Assembly: GCA_951406725.2 (NCBI GenBank)
Contig: OX597819.1
Coordinates: 39,618,001-39,682,000, forward strand
DNA from: Octopus vulgaris
Lineage: Eukaryota
Direction of reading: 5' to 3'
DNA: 64,000 nucleotides
This document shows, piece after piece, positions 51,940 through 64,000 of this stretch (within the stretch, counting starts at the first letter, position 1; each line of letters begins with the position of its first letter). The position numbers and the translations under genes were made by a program. The notes below the pieces were generated by a model that saw only the letters and a program-made list of their open reading frames with translations, had not been told where the DNA came from and did not search any database.

Positions 51940-52034
51940 CATACAGGGTGCGTGTATGTATATACATATGTATATATATATATATATATATATAGATGTG
52001 TGTATACACACACATATATATGTATGTGTGTATT

Positions 52035-52072
<38 letters not shown>

Positions 52073-52085
52073 TATGTATGTATGC

Positions 52086-52236
<151 letters not shown>

Positions 52237-52625
52237 TACAGAGGTTGCGGCGAATAAAGTGTCGTCTAAATTAAGCAAAAATGAAAATAACACTGGCATC
52301 TCATTTTAACAGATATATTTACCAAAATTACATAGACATATCTTGAAATACTAGAGTAAATTTATTCAATAAAATCGCCATTGGCTTCAACTTCGAAATC
52401 TCCTGCAAATCTTCTGAACGGTCTCCTTGTTTAAATTGCTGAATGTTGCCATAATCCTTGCCTTCAGTTCATCTCTGGTGTTTCAAGGAGTTTTTTTTTT
52501 TGGGGGGGATCACTTGTTCAACTGCGCCACAAGCATAATAATGAAAGGAGTTGCAGTCTGGGGAGTTAGGTGGCCAGATGCTAGGAGTGATGTGGTCGCA
52601 GAAATTGTCTGACAGGCATGACTGG
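52237..52625 (-). pseudogene. Tc1/mariner-superfamily transposase 3' fragment with terminus
   Basis: TPSIWPPN.PDCNSFHYYACGAVE resembles WPP.SPDLNP.DY..W. The terminus is TACAGAGGTTGCGG. Confidence 0.65.
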
Positions 52626-53222
52626 GTTCTCTTGTTTTACTACTCCCTATTTCGCGCTTTTAATGACAAGATAGGAAAACTTCAAAAGACAGCAGCATCC
52701 AGAATTTTTTTTAATTAAAATTTGTGGAGACTTAGGGCGTCGAAAGAACAAACAACAACAAAGTGGACGTACAAAGACAAGACAAACATTAAGGGTCGTT
52801 AGACGAATTGTAATAGGTAACGCCTGGGAGAAATTTTCAAAGGAAATAGAATAAAGAGAAGAAAATAATAGAAGAGAAAAATGTCGGGATGCGAGAGAAA
52901 TGGCGTCCAGGCCAATGGACGTCTTTTCCAGAAAAGACCCGGGCGAAGGAAATGGCCTGTAGTCACGTGTGAGCAACAGGCAAAGGGAACAAGAGAGGAT
53001 GAAGAAAAAAGAGAGACAAAAGATAGTAGGGAATGGGAGAAAGAGGACAGCAAAGAAGGAGGGGAAGAAACGGAAAATATAGAGGATATAGAAGGATGGA
53101 GAGGAAAAATAAGAAAACAGAGTGTGGAGTCGCAGAAATGATATATAAATGTAAGAACGTACTGTGGACAAGGCTACGTGGCATTCGATTATAAATGAAA
53201 CACTCACGCACACATATATACT

Positions 53223-53431
53223 TAAAGGGGTGCTGGAAAGTTTCTGGCTTTGGGTAAAAGAAAATTCAGGAGGATCAGTTAAGTATGATTCTATTACCCT
53301 CTCAGAATCACACACTTATGTCAGCGATCTTTCAGTTTTTTAAGCTCTGTAAAAGAACTCAGAAGGCCGAGCCTCCAATCAGGCCTTGCGTGATACTCTT
53401 AAAGCCAGGAAATTTTCAACTCCCCCTTGTA
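53223..53431. mobile_element. Mariner-type MITE (same family as 10382-10573)
   Basis: TIRs GGGGTGCTGGAAAGTTTCTGGCTTT / AAAGCCAGGAAATTTTCAACTCCCC and shared internal sequence. Confidence 0.8.
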
Positions 53432-53834
53432 TATGTGCGTGCGTGTGTGTATGGGGGGTGCGCGTGTGTGCATGCATGCGTGTGTGTGTGTGTGCGTGTG
53501 TGAGTGTGCGCGCGTGCGTATAAGCACAGTTCTCCGTTTAGTCTCAAAAACTTGAACCTTATATACTGCAACCACAATAATTATATGCATTTGGAAAAAT
53601 CAAAAGAGAAATAGAAAAAAACCAGTTATGCAATGTAAATTTTTAAAAAGTTTATTACATTTAAATGATATCTATTTTTTTTTCTTTTGTGCTTCTTTAA
53701 TTTTTCTTAAAGATTACAATAATTCTCTTAATGTCTTTTGTGAATTTTCACTTATTATATATGGTATGATAGATCGTTAGCCACTACACACATTTTTGTC
53801 TCTCCTTTTTTCTCTCCTTGTTTTTTCTGTGTCC

Positions 53835-53870
53835 CTTTCTGTAGAAGAGTGTAGGCTCGAAACGTAAAAG
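53835..53870 (+). ncRNA. Minimal HHR-like motif (family F, core CTGTAGA)
   Basis: CTTT-CTGTAGA-A-GAGT-gtag-GCTC-GAAA-CG-TA-AAAG. Confidence 0.5.
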
Positions 53871-53962
53871 ACTTTTTCTATTGCTGGGCGTTATACTAAT
53901 ACATCTGTTTGTTTTGTACACCACCTGTCTTCGTCTTTTGTTTTTTTTTCGTAAACTCTCCC

Positions 53963-54016
<54 letters not shown>

Positions 54017-55026
54017 TGTATGTATGTATGTTTTTTGTGTTTTTCTCCCTCACACCGCATGTCGGCTGGTGTGGGTTTGCTCACGTCCTTGTAACATAGT
54101 GGTTCGACAAAAGACATCGATAGCATAAGTACCAGACTTAAAACAGTACTGGGACCGATTTGTTCGACGAAACCCTTCAAGTTTGTGCTTCAGCATGGCT
54201 GTAATCCAATGATTGAAACAACTAAACGGTAAAGAATGATTTACAAGGAACAACCAATGTTGCCGGCGGATAGTTAGTAATTAACAATAAGGTAAGGATA
54301 AGAGGTATTAGCAAAGCTTGTGTGCATAGATGTGTGTGAAAAACTTATGTACATGGTCTTAGAGTGAGAAAGGAGATAGAAATTGTTGAAATGAATACAT
54401 AAAGTTTTCGAGGAGACCAATGCTTGATAGAAAGCTTGCATTGTTGCAGCTGTAACAGATTTCAACCTCGTTTATACCACTTTAATCCATTCGGATAAAC
54501 GCATACAGGAAAAAGATAACTTCCGTTTGGCTGGGCGTATATAAACAAAGCGAAAGGTCACAACTTATACGATATGGATTATTAAGCTTGTGTTTTGTAA
54601 TGGTTGTGGTAATAAGTTTCGTAACTTACACTAATTTGATAATTTGGAACTGATATTAATGACAACATAAACTGGGTTCCAACCCTCAGCACATTTATGC
54701 GAACTCAACTTGATCTACAAAGAACTGTCACCCTATGCTTACTGACTATAGGAGTACGCTACGTATATGTTAGAGAATATTTTAAAATATTTACTCCGAC
54801 GACCTAAGTAAACAATGCCACGAATCGGTTCTGGGCATATGCTTACCATCCCTGTTCTGCACTATTAACCACTGCAGAGGGGAATATGCATTTTTATCCT
54901 TGCCTAGACAGACACATAGTATATCTGACACTATGCATCTATACATTACACTATCATTTGACAGCTATCCATGAATTTGATCAGGGCTGGCCTGGGATTA
55001 AACAACAAGAACAGCAACAGCACTTC

Positions 55027-55044
<18 letters not shown>

Positions 55045-55057
<13 letters not shown>

Positions 55058-55335
55058 CGTCACTAAAACTCAAGAACTACCCAACCGATTTCATTCAAAC
55101 TTTGCACATGCCTTTGCACAGTGTCATAGGCCAAAATAATTTTCAATTTCTTGCCTAATGCGAGTCTGGAGCAATCACTTCTCTCTTACACTATTTCAGT
55201 ATTACGTGTCAAAAGTGATACAATTACATCTCTATTGTAATGTGAGATAATACTTTCAATATTAATAATGAAACTATTAATACTTTCGCTATGTTAGTTC
55301 GCTATATATTAGTTTAATTTCTATCACTTTTACTA
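55045..55335 (+). mobile_element. Helitron/HINE-like 5' fragment
   Basis: (TG)n followed by AACTCAAGAACTACCCAACCGATTTCATTCAAACTTTGCAC, similar in style to 6555-6600. Confidence 0.4.
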
Positions 55336-55537
55336 TGATATATATATATATATGTATGTATATGCATGTATATGTATGTACATGCATGCATGTATATGTA
55401 TGTATACATATATATGTATATATATGTGTGTGTATACATTATGTATATATGTGCATATATATGCATATGTATATATGTATATTTATTTTATCTAGTTTCA
55501 GCTCACGAGCTGTGGCCATGCTGGGGCACCGTATGTA

Positions 55538-55585
<48 letters not shown>

Positions 55586-55782
55586 TGTATGTGTATATTT
55601 TCAATGTGTACAATTAATACGGAAAAAAATAGTTACCAGGTTAGCGAAAATTCACATAAATGCCAAGGATGTTACAGACTACTCATAAAGGTTGAAATTT
55701 CAGAGTTAAGTGAAATGTTCTTGTATAACATAGATAAATTAAGAAATGGAATTAAACTCAGTTTTTATTCAAATCTTCATAC

Positions 55783-55868
55783 TTCCGACATATGTTTCGA
55801 AGAAAACATTGATATTATTCCGGTGAGAATAAAATGATGTAAAACAATGCGACCATCTCGTCAGGAAA
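55783..55868 (-). ncRNA. Type I hammerhead ribozyme (family D), canonical core, long stem II
   Basis: Minus strand: TTTC-CTGACGA-GA...(hairpin including TTATTC/GAATAA)...TC-GAA-ACATATGT-C-GGAA. Stem III is palindromic and the triplet is GUC. Confidence 0.6.
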
Positions 55869-56091
55869 AAAAAAAAGAAAACAAAACAGATCAATAAGCC
55901 ATTTTAACCGAATGTGATTACCGAGTATTTGATGAAGTGGAACGCTGGCAAGCTATTTTATATAAAATAAAAATTAAAACCTGCGTTTAACTCCATTTCT
56001 TAATTTATATATATGTGTGTGTGTGTGTGTGCGTGTGTATAGATGTATATGTATATATATATATGTACGTGTATATGTATATATATGTGAG

Positions 56092-56130
<39 letters not shown>

Positions 56131-56264
56131 ACCTGCTCGCTTAGCCAGCGGGGTGGCGTCACTTGAAAGCTAAAACAATGCAAAGCACATTGTGACTAGC
56201 GATGTGTAGCAACATCTGATAGCCTGGTCGGTCACGGTGACACGGTGAGATATATATATATATT

Positions 56265-56301
<37 letters not shown>

Positions 56302-56354
56302 ATGCATGTATATATATTATATATGTATATATAGATATACATATATATAATAAG

Positions 56355-56760
56355 TCAGTGGATTTGGATGACGGAAGCTAAAACAAGATATCAAGTATAT
56401 ATATATATTTATGTGTGTGTGCGTGTATGTGTATGTGTGTGTGTATTTTGTGTGTGTGTATTTGTGTGTGTGTGCGTGTGTGTGTGTGTGCATATGTGTG
56501 TGTATTTGTGTGTGTGTGTGTGTGCGCGCGCGCGCGTGTGTGTATTTGTGTGTGTGTGTGTGTATTTGTGTGTTTGTACCTCCACCATTGCTTGACAACC
56601 GATGTTGTGTTTAGATTCCCATAGCTTAGCAGTTCGGTAAAAGACTCTGATAGAATAAGTACTAGGCTTACGAAAAATAAATCCTGGGGTCGATTTGTTC
56701 GACCAACAGCGGTGCTCCAGCATGGCCGAAGTCACATGACTGAAACAAGTAAAACAATAA
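56355..56760 (+). mobile_element. SINE family A 3' part with expanded internal (TG)n
   Basis: GTGGATTTGG...GACGGAAGCT and tail GCTCCAGCATGGCC...GACTGAAACAAGTAAAA. Other tails lie at 54045-54235 (+) and 57133-57330 (-). Confidence 0.85.
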
Positions 56761-56807
56761 AAAGGCTATGCCATTTTAATTCCGTACAAGGCCAAGTGTA
56801 TCTGCTA

Positions 56808-56909
<102 letters not shown>

Positions 56910-57340
56910 TTATAGATATATATATATATACAAATTATATCGGTACAGCTCGGTGAAACCCAAAAAACTTGTACACCAGCCAGCATCATTAGACTGTATT
57001 AGACTGTAGCCGGCATAATAGTATGGGACCTTTAATTGCAAATTAAAAATTTTCTCGTAAATAAATTTAAAAGATATACAAGCATATACATACATACATA
57101 TACATATATATATATACATACACGTATCCTTTTATTTTTTTACTTGTTTCAGTCATTTGACTGCGGCTATGCTGGAGCACTGCTTTAATCGAACAAATCG
57201 ATCCCAGGACTTATTCTTTGTAAGCCTAGTATATTTTCTATCGGTTCTCTTTTGCTGAACCGCAAAGTTACGGGGACATAAACACACAACATCGGTTGTC
57301 AAGCGATGGTGGGAAGACAAACATAGACACGTAAATACAT

Positions 57341-57435
<95 letters not shown>

Positions 57436-57953
57436 TACATATAAGAGGGAATTACAACTATGTGGAAACCCTTACGCTAGAAGATCCGCTATGATCTTAC
57501 CACTAAGAATTGTTCTCTAGAAAATTTAGCAAACACCAGAAATGTAAGCGAGCAAGGCAAATGAAAAGTAACAAAAATATAGATTAATCATAAACAAATG
57601 TTTCACTATCAACAAATTACGTAATTTTACTTACGCAATTTATCTGTAGATCCGGCAAAGGCTACGGCAGTAAATTATTTTATGCAGTATTATTTCCGGT
57701 AATTTAGCGCGCCAAAACAAAGACTTTTGGAAAAATAACCATAAGTGTAATAGATAGAACTGCAGGCACATTCGACCTCGTGTTAATGGCAGGTGTGTAA
57801 TTCTGCAAATTATATTTGTATGGACGATCATACTGAACATCTACATTACTTTTGTGCATCTGTTATTTCATTATTGATCTTGTTAAATGGAGCTATTTAT
57901 TTATATGTATACATACATATATACACACATACACACGCGCGTACACACATATA

Positions 57954-58008
<55 letters not shown>

Positions 58009-58016
58009 CGTACATA

Positions 58017-58908
58017 CTAGGTGAAATAAAAGAGTTCCGGGACTAGTTTTGTAGCGCGCCAAGAGATGGCAGCACAAGGTTACCTGCGCAATGACAGCTA
58101 GCAGTGACCTTCATAAGGCAGTGTGCTGAGTGACATCGCTGCGTTTACTTCAGAAGTTGTGAAGTTTATGTTTTTGAGATCATGTGTATGTTGTAGTCTG
58201 GGGTTTTGTCATTGGCGGGAACAAAGAACCAACATGAAATTTTGCGTTAAACTCTGGAAGTCTGCTACAGAGACATTGAGCATGCTTCAGCAAGCTTACG
58301 GTGATGAGGCAACGGATCGTATGCTATGCTTCGAGTGGCACGGGCGCTTTAAAAACGGAAGAACTTTCCTGGAAGACGACGAGCGATCTGGAAGACCTGC
58401 CACGACCGTCACCCCCGGAAATGTGACATTGTGCATCGAGAATTCGTCTCCCAGGGCTAGACCCTCAATCGAGAGTTCTACTGTAAAGTTTTGAGGGAGA
58501 GCATTCGGTGAAAGTGACCGGATGTGTGGAGCGCGAAGAATTGGATCCTTCATCGTTCTCCTCACTCGTACATTTCTCACCACACCCCCACCACCACCCA
58601 CCTCAAAGGTATCGCTTCTACATCCGCTCTATTCGCTAGATTTAGCACTATCTTTTCCCTAAAATAAAAATGCAGCTGAAAGGTCACCGTTTTAACAGCG
58701 TTGTCGAGATCCAGACAGAATCGCAGAAGGTCCTCGACTCGCTTACGGAAAATAATTTCCAGGCCGAATTACAAACGTGGCAGGAAAGCTGGGACCGATG
58801 TATTACTGCGCAAGGTAACTATTTCGAAGGAGATGGTGTTAAAACTTTGGTAAATAAGTTATTTTTTACTAAACATAACTAGTCCGAGAATCTTTTGATA
58901 CCACCTCG
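58017..58908 (+). mobile_element. Internally deleted mariner element
   Basis: TA-flanked TIRs CTAGGTGAAATAAAAGAGTTCCGGGACTAG / CTAGTCCGAGAATCTTTTGATACCACCTCG and motifs EQRTNMKFCVKL...WHGRFKNGR..LEDDERSGRP, HPLYSLDLA. Confidence 0.9.
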
Positions 58909-59703
58909 TACACACACACACACATAATTACATAATCTACTTTTAAGAATTGCCTTGAATATTACTATTAATCATACTTATGAAACGGAATATTTTATCA
59001 AATGGTGAAAATAATGTTTGCTTTTTATGAGCTTGTTTGAACATGAACTAGCCAAAATCAATATGGCGGTATTTGTTCCGGCTCTTTACGTTCAAATTCT
59101 GTAGAGGCTAGCTTTTTAACATGTCAATCTTTTCCGGGATCGTTAAAACAAACCACCAGTCAAATAAAGGCTTGTTTTTAATCAACAGGCGTCGTGTATC
59201 AACATAAATTGGATCGGTCTGCCACGGTGGAGCCCGAAGCCACGTGAACCGAATCGCTGACACGCGAAATGCCTCAGTAGTTGTAATGCACTACTGTAAC
59301 GACAACGTCTACTTCTAACACCTTAAATTATTATCAATACACACACACAGGCATCATCATCATCATCATTAACTCGTACATACACACTTTCTAAAAAAAA
59401 AAGCACACCCATTAAGGGATAATACATTAATGCATAAAAAGTACTTCTTTACGGTCCGTACATGAAATATATAAACACTAAATTAAAGGTGCCACGCAGT
59501 GGGACTGAACCCAGAGCCATACGGTTAAGAAGTAAGCTGCTTAACACCCACCCACCCCTGTTTATGTAATTGTTTAATAGTATAGTTGCTATTGGACTCT
59601 GACTAACACCAATAGTATTCTTTGGTAATTGAAAAAAATCATAAATATATACTCTAATTTGCGCACGGAGTTCTCTTTTTTGTCGTTGTAAACCAAATGT
59701 GCT

Positions 59704-59738
<35 letters not shown>

Positions 59739-59794
59739 ATGTTTATGTATATGTATATATATATATTTATATATGTATATACACTCACATACAG

Positions 59795-59832
<38 letters not shown>

Positions 59833-59852
59833 GTATATACACTCACATACAG

Positions 59853-59908
<56 letters not shown>

Positions 59909-59913
59909 ATATG

Positions 59914-59974
<61 letters not shown>

Positions 59975-60002
59975 TTATATATGTATATACACTCACATAC
60001 AG

Positions 60003-60052
<50 letters not shown>

Positions 60053-60280
60053 GTACGCATGCACGTAGTATATTCCTAATAGATGACGTTACAAGACAAT
60101 GTAACATGAGATAAACTACTGGAATTCCTCTATTGTGTTCAGTGAACCGAATCGATGTCAGATTAGTAAAGTGAAGAAAGAAGTAAAGATCAAGAAGTTC
60201 ATTAACTTGTTTACAAGTAATAGTGACAGATTGTGTTACAGACCATTGCGTTGGCAATTTAGATAGGATCGTACTGTCAA

Positions 60281-60328
<48 letters not shown>

Positions 60329-60463
60329 GTATGTATATATGTATGTATGTATGTATGTAATGTATGTATGTATGTATGTATGTATGTATGTATGTATGTA
60401 TGTATGTATGTATGTATATAAAGCACCCATATACAAATATACACTCAGTCATACATACCTATG

Positions 60464-60519
<56 letters not shown>

Positions 60520-60683
60520 AGGTTATGTGGTTGTCAGGTTCGCTTCAGAAACAGGTTTTCAGGTTCAGTCCCACTGCGTCGCACCTTGAGTGACTATCTT
60601 GTATTGTTAACCTCGTTCAACAAATACTTTTATGAGAGAATTTCGGAGACGGAGCAGTGTGAAAGCCTGACATAAAAAAAAAA

Positions 60684-60899
60684 TTGGCCAAAAGTCACCC
60701 GACAGTCAATCAAAACTATTTAATTCCAAGTTTCACTTATGTTTAACAACAGAATAAATTTACTAAAAGCATGTGTTTATGAAACATCGTGAAAATTGTT
60801 CATTGAGCAACGCAGTTTTCTATTCGAGTCAATACAGAATTACAGACAGCATTTATGGAAGTTTGATTTACTGTCGGGTGACTTTTGGCCAAACCTGTA
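60684..60899. mobile_element. Tc1/mariner-type MITE
   Basis: Perfect 23-bp inverted repeat TTGGCCAAAAGTCACCCGACAGT (60684-60706 / 60870-60892), with right end CCTG|TA. Confidence 0.8.
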
Positions 60900-60930
60900 T
60901 GTATATAAGCTCAAATGGTATTTCTCTATA

Positions 60931-61162
60931 AGGCGGCGAACTGGCAGAAACGTTAGCACGCCGGGCGAAATGCTTTGCCGTATTTCGTCTACCGTTACGT
61001 TCTGAGTTCAAATTCCGCCTAGGTCGACTTTGCCTTTCATCCTTTCGAGGTCGATAAATTAAGTACCAGTTACGCACTGGGGTCGATATAATCGACTTAA
61101 TCCCTTTGTCTGTCCTTGTTTGTCCCCTCTGTGTTTAGCCCCTTGTAGGTAGTAAAGAAATA
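60931..61162 (+). mobile_element. SINE family B, full length, 12-bp TSD
   Basis: TSD GGTATTTCTCTA at 60917-60928 and 61163-61174. Confidence 0.92.
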
Positions 61163-61570
61163 GGTATTTCTCTACAGGTGGGTCCTTTCTTTTGCTGATT
61201 ATTTTCGTCACATGACTGGTAGATCAGTAGGGATTTCCACAACAGGGTAACTTTTTTTTTATATTGTGATTTCATAAAACAACATCGGGCCGCTTGTATT
61301 TTACTTCGATTATTGTTTTTGTGTTTGCTTGTGCATTTATAAATGCCAGTATATAAGCATGCATATATATGTATATTCGCGTGTATGTAATTTGGCAGTG
61401 TATGTTTTTGTATGACTATACGTGCATCTATGCACTTGTTTATCAACACCTGCCTCGTTACGAAGTCGGAAATGATGTTGCCGCTGTTTGTTTCTGGACA
61501 ATTTGGCTATGAAGGTGAGAGGCTTAGCAGTGTTGTGCCAGCTGTTTATTGGACTTGTCTGTATGTATAT

Positions 61571-61627
<57 letters not shown>

Positions 61628-61630
<3 letters not shown>

Positions 61631-62310
61631 TAGGTCGTCAAGTATTAAATTTGTAGTAAGGTATGTGGTAAACTTTGATAGCTGTTCATTTTGCGCTTTA
61701 TAAAGTATTTATAAATCGTTTTTTACGATTTTTGTTTGGAGATGGAAGTTCGTACAGTCTTGAAATATGAGCTCTTTCTTGGAAATACACCTTTACAGAC
61801 AACTCAGAATACTAATAAGGTATTTCATTCTAATGGTATTACACAACAGGCAGTATCACATTGGTTTACAAAATTTCGTTCTGTTAACTGACTTCACAAA
61901 TGAGCAACGTGGTCGACCAGAAACAAAGGTGGATAACGACGAGCTGAAAGTCACCGTCGTGTCAGATCCACCTCAAAGTGCCCATGAATAATCGTTGTTG
62001 TTTGCTGTTAGCTTGTAAACAATATTGACTCACCTAGTTCAAATCGGTAAAGTGAAAAAGTTGGATAAGTGGGTTCCACATGAACTCAATGAAAATCAGA
62101 AATAGCAACGTTTGGAAGCCTGCATTATGCTACTTTCTCGTCACAAAAATTAATCATCTTTGAATTGAATTGTAACGAAATGAGAAATGGATCCAATACA
62201 ACAACCGTAAACGTTCAGCACAATGGTTAGACAAAGACGAGTCACCAAAACACAGTCGAAGAAGCAAAATTCATCAAACGAAGCTGATGGCCTTGATAAC
62301 GTTGTGTTAA
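61628..62310 (+). pseudogene. Decayed mariner transposase 5' half
   Basis: TATTAGGT terminus and motifs GRPETKVDNDELK, KKLDKWVPHELNENQK. Confidence 0.85.
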
Positions 62311-62376
62311 CATACATTTTCGGAAATATTGGTACTGATTTCAATGATATTGTGTGTGTGTGTGTGTGTGTGTGTA

Positions 62377-62439
<63 letters not shown>

Positions 62440-62709
62440 GTGTGTGTAATTAGAAGAAAAAGGGATTAAAATATCCATGCAGACATCAATAAATTACTCA
62501 GTTTTAAAAGAATTTGGTTGACAATATCGAACAATCTGGCACCAGTTGATGTATGTAGAATGACAAGTAGATCCAAGTAACCTTTAGAATTTCAAGAAAT
62601 TCAGAGTAATTGACAACAAAAAATACGTATAGCGAAACTTACGTCTTTATTGTAGATTTCACTTTAGAAAGCCAACTGTAACTTCTATTCTATTAACACA
62701 CACACACAA

Positions 62710-62713
<4 letters not shown>

Positions 62714-62742
<29 letters not shown>

Positions 62743-63109
62743 TGTATGTATGTATGTATGTATGTATGTATGTATGTATGTATGTATGTATGTATGTATG
62801 TATGTATGTATGTATGTATGTATGTATGTATGTATGTATGTATGTATGTATGTATGTATGTATGTATGTATGTATGTATGTATGTATGTATGTATGTATG
62901 TATGTATGTATGTATGTATGTATGTATGTATGTATGTATGTATGTATGTATGTATGTATGTATGTATGTATGTATGTATGTATGTATGTATGTATGTATG
63001 TATGTATGTATGTATGTATGTATGTATGTATGTATGTATGTATGTATGTATGTATGTATGTATGTATGTATGTATGTATGTATGTATGTATGTATGTATG
63101 TATGTATGT
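62714..63109. repeat. Perfect (TATG)n microsatellite, ~395 bp
   Basis: Direct inspection. Confidence 0.97.
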
Positions 63110-63318
63110 GGCTAAGCGAGCAGGCCAACAGACGAAAGAGTGAGAGAAAGTTGTGGCGAAAGAGTACAGCAGGGATCTCCACCACGCTCTGCCGGGGCCT
63201 CGTGGAGCTTTAGGTGTTTTCGCTCAATAAACACTCACAACGCCCGGTCTGGGAATCGAAACCGCGATCCTACGACAACGAGTCCGCTGCCCTAACCACT
63301 GGGCCATTGCTCCTCCAC
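63109..63318 (-). mobile_element. tRNA-derived SINE family D (head and body)
   Basis: Minus-strand head GTGGAGGAGCAATGGCCCAGTGGTTAGGGCAGCGGACTCG...GGTTTCGATTCCC. Confidence 0.85.
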
Positions 63319-63349
63319 ATATATATATATATATATAGAGATACACACA

Positions 63350-63488
63350 CGATGGGATTCTTTCAGTTTCCGTCTACCAAAGCTACTTACAAGGCTTTTG
63401 GTCTGCCCACACTTGCCAAAGTGCTGTGCCGCGCTGGAACTATGTGGTTGGGAAGCAAGCTTCTTACCGCACAGAAACGCCTGCACCT
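63350..63488 (-). mobile_element. SINE family A 5' half, degenerate
   Basis: CAGTTTCCGTCTACCAAA...GGGAAGCAAGCTTCTTACC. Confidence 0.8.
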
Positions 63489-63684
63489 GTGTTTATCCAT
63501 TTCTTTCACCACCTCGCGATTATTCCTTCTTAACGTTTCGTATCACCTATAAAGAATATGAAATCATTAACTGTTGGGTTTCATACGGACGGTAAATGAG
63601 TCTACGGTGAACCAAGTCTCAGCATTCCAGTTGTGTTATTGTCCTGATTCGATAACTTAATGTTATTTATATTGCCGGCTATCA

Positions 63685-64000
63685 AGGAGGCGAGTTTGCG
63701 GAGTCGTGAGCACGCCAGAGAAAATGCCTAACACCATTTCGTCCGTCTTTAGGATTTAAGTTCAAATCCCGCCGAGGTCGACTTTGCCTTTTATACTTCG
63801 AGGTTATTAAAATAAGTGTCAGTTGAGCACTGGCGTCGATGTAATCGGCTTATCACCTCCCCCAAAATTGCTGGCCTTGTGTCAAAATTTGAAAAGAATG
63901 TTACAAGTTATTAGAGTAGCGAGCTAGCAGAATCGCTAGCACGCCGAGCAAAATGCTTAGCGGCGTTTCGTCCGTCTTTGCATTCTAAGTTCAAATTCCT
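63685..64000 (+). mobile_element. Two tandem SINE family B copies (second cut off by the window end)
   Basis: GGCGAG..GC.GA.TCG..AGCACGCC heads at ~63686 and ~63918, and the Meta-like core at 63775-63825. Confidence 0.8.

Noticed and set aside
59760-60050. Three copies of a ~45-bp unit separated by variable TA/TG spacers (CRISPR-like look)
   Set aside because: This is microsatellite slippage duplication in eukaryotic DNA; the spacers are low-complexity and there are no cas genes.

Overview
AT-rich, microsatellite-dense eukaryotic non-coding DNA. The tRNA-SINE families and repeat landscape look like an Octopus (coleoid cephalopod) intron or intergenic region; this is inferred from repeats only. 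I find no intact host protein-coding gene, and nearly all listed ORFs are microsatellite translation artefacts. The window is a mosaic of four tRNA-derived SINE families, LINE remnants (CR1/Jockey-type RT, RTE, R4/Dong-type), decayed Tc1/mariner elements and MITEs, and non-autonomous Helitron/Helentron elements. The main hidden signal is at least 7 unrelated families of short non-coding elements, most embedded in (TA)n or similar microsatellites and often arranged as partial tandem or fold-back copies. Each family carries a type I hammerhead-ribozyme (HHR) fold: stem I, CUGANGA or a variant, stem II, GAAA, an often palindromic stem III, and NUH. I count about 12 complete motifs plus partial copies, including U3-A8, U4C and A6U core variants. 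This architecture fits Penelope-like-element pseudo-LTRs or retrozyme-like mobile RNAs. All folds were derived by eye and need computational and biochemical confirmation.
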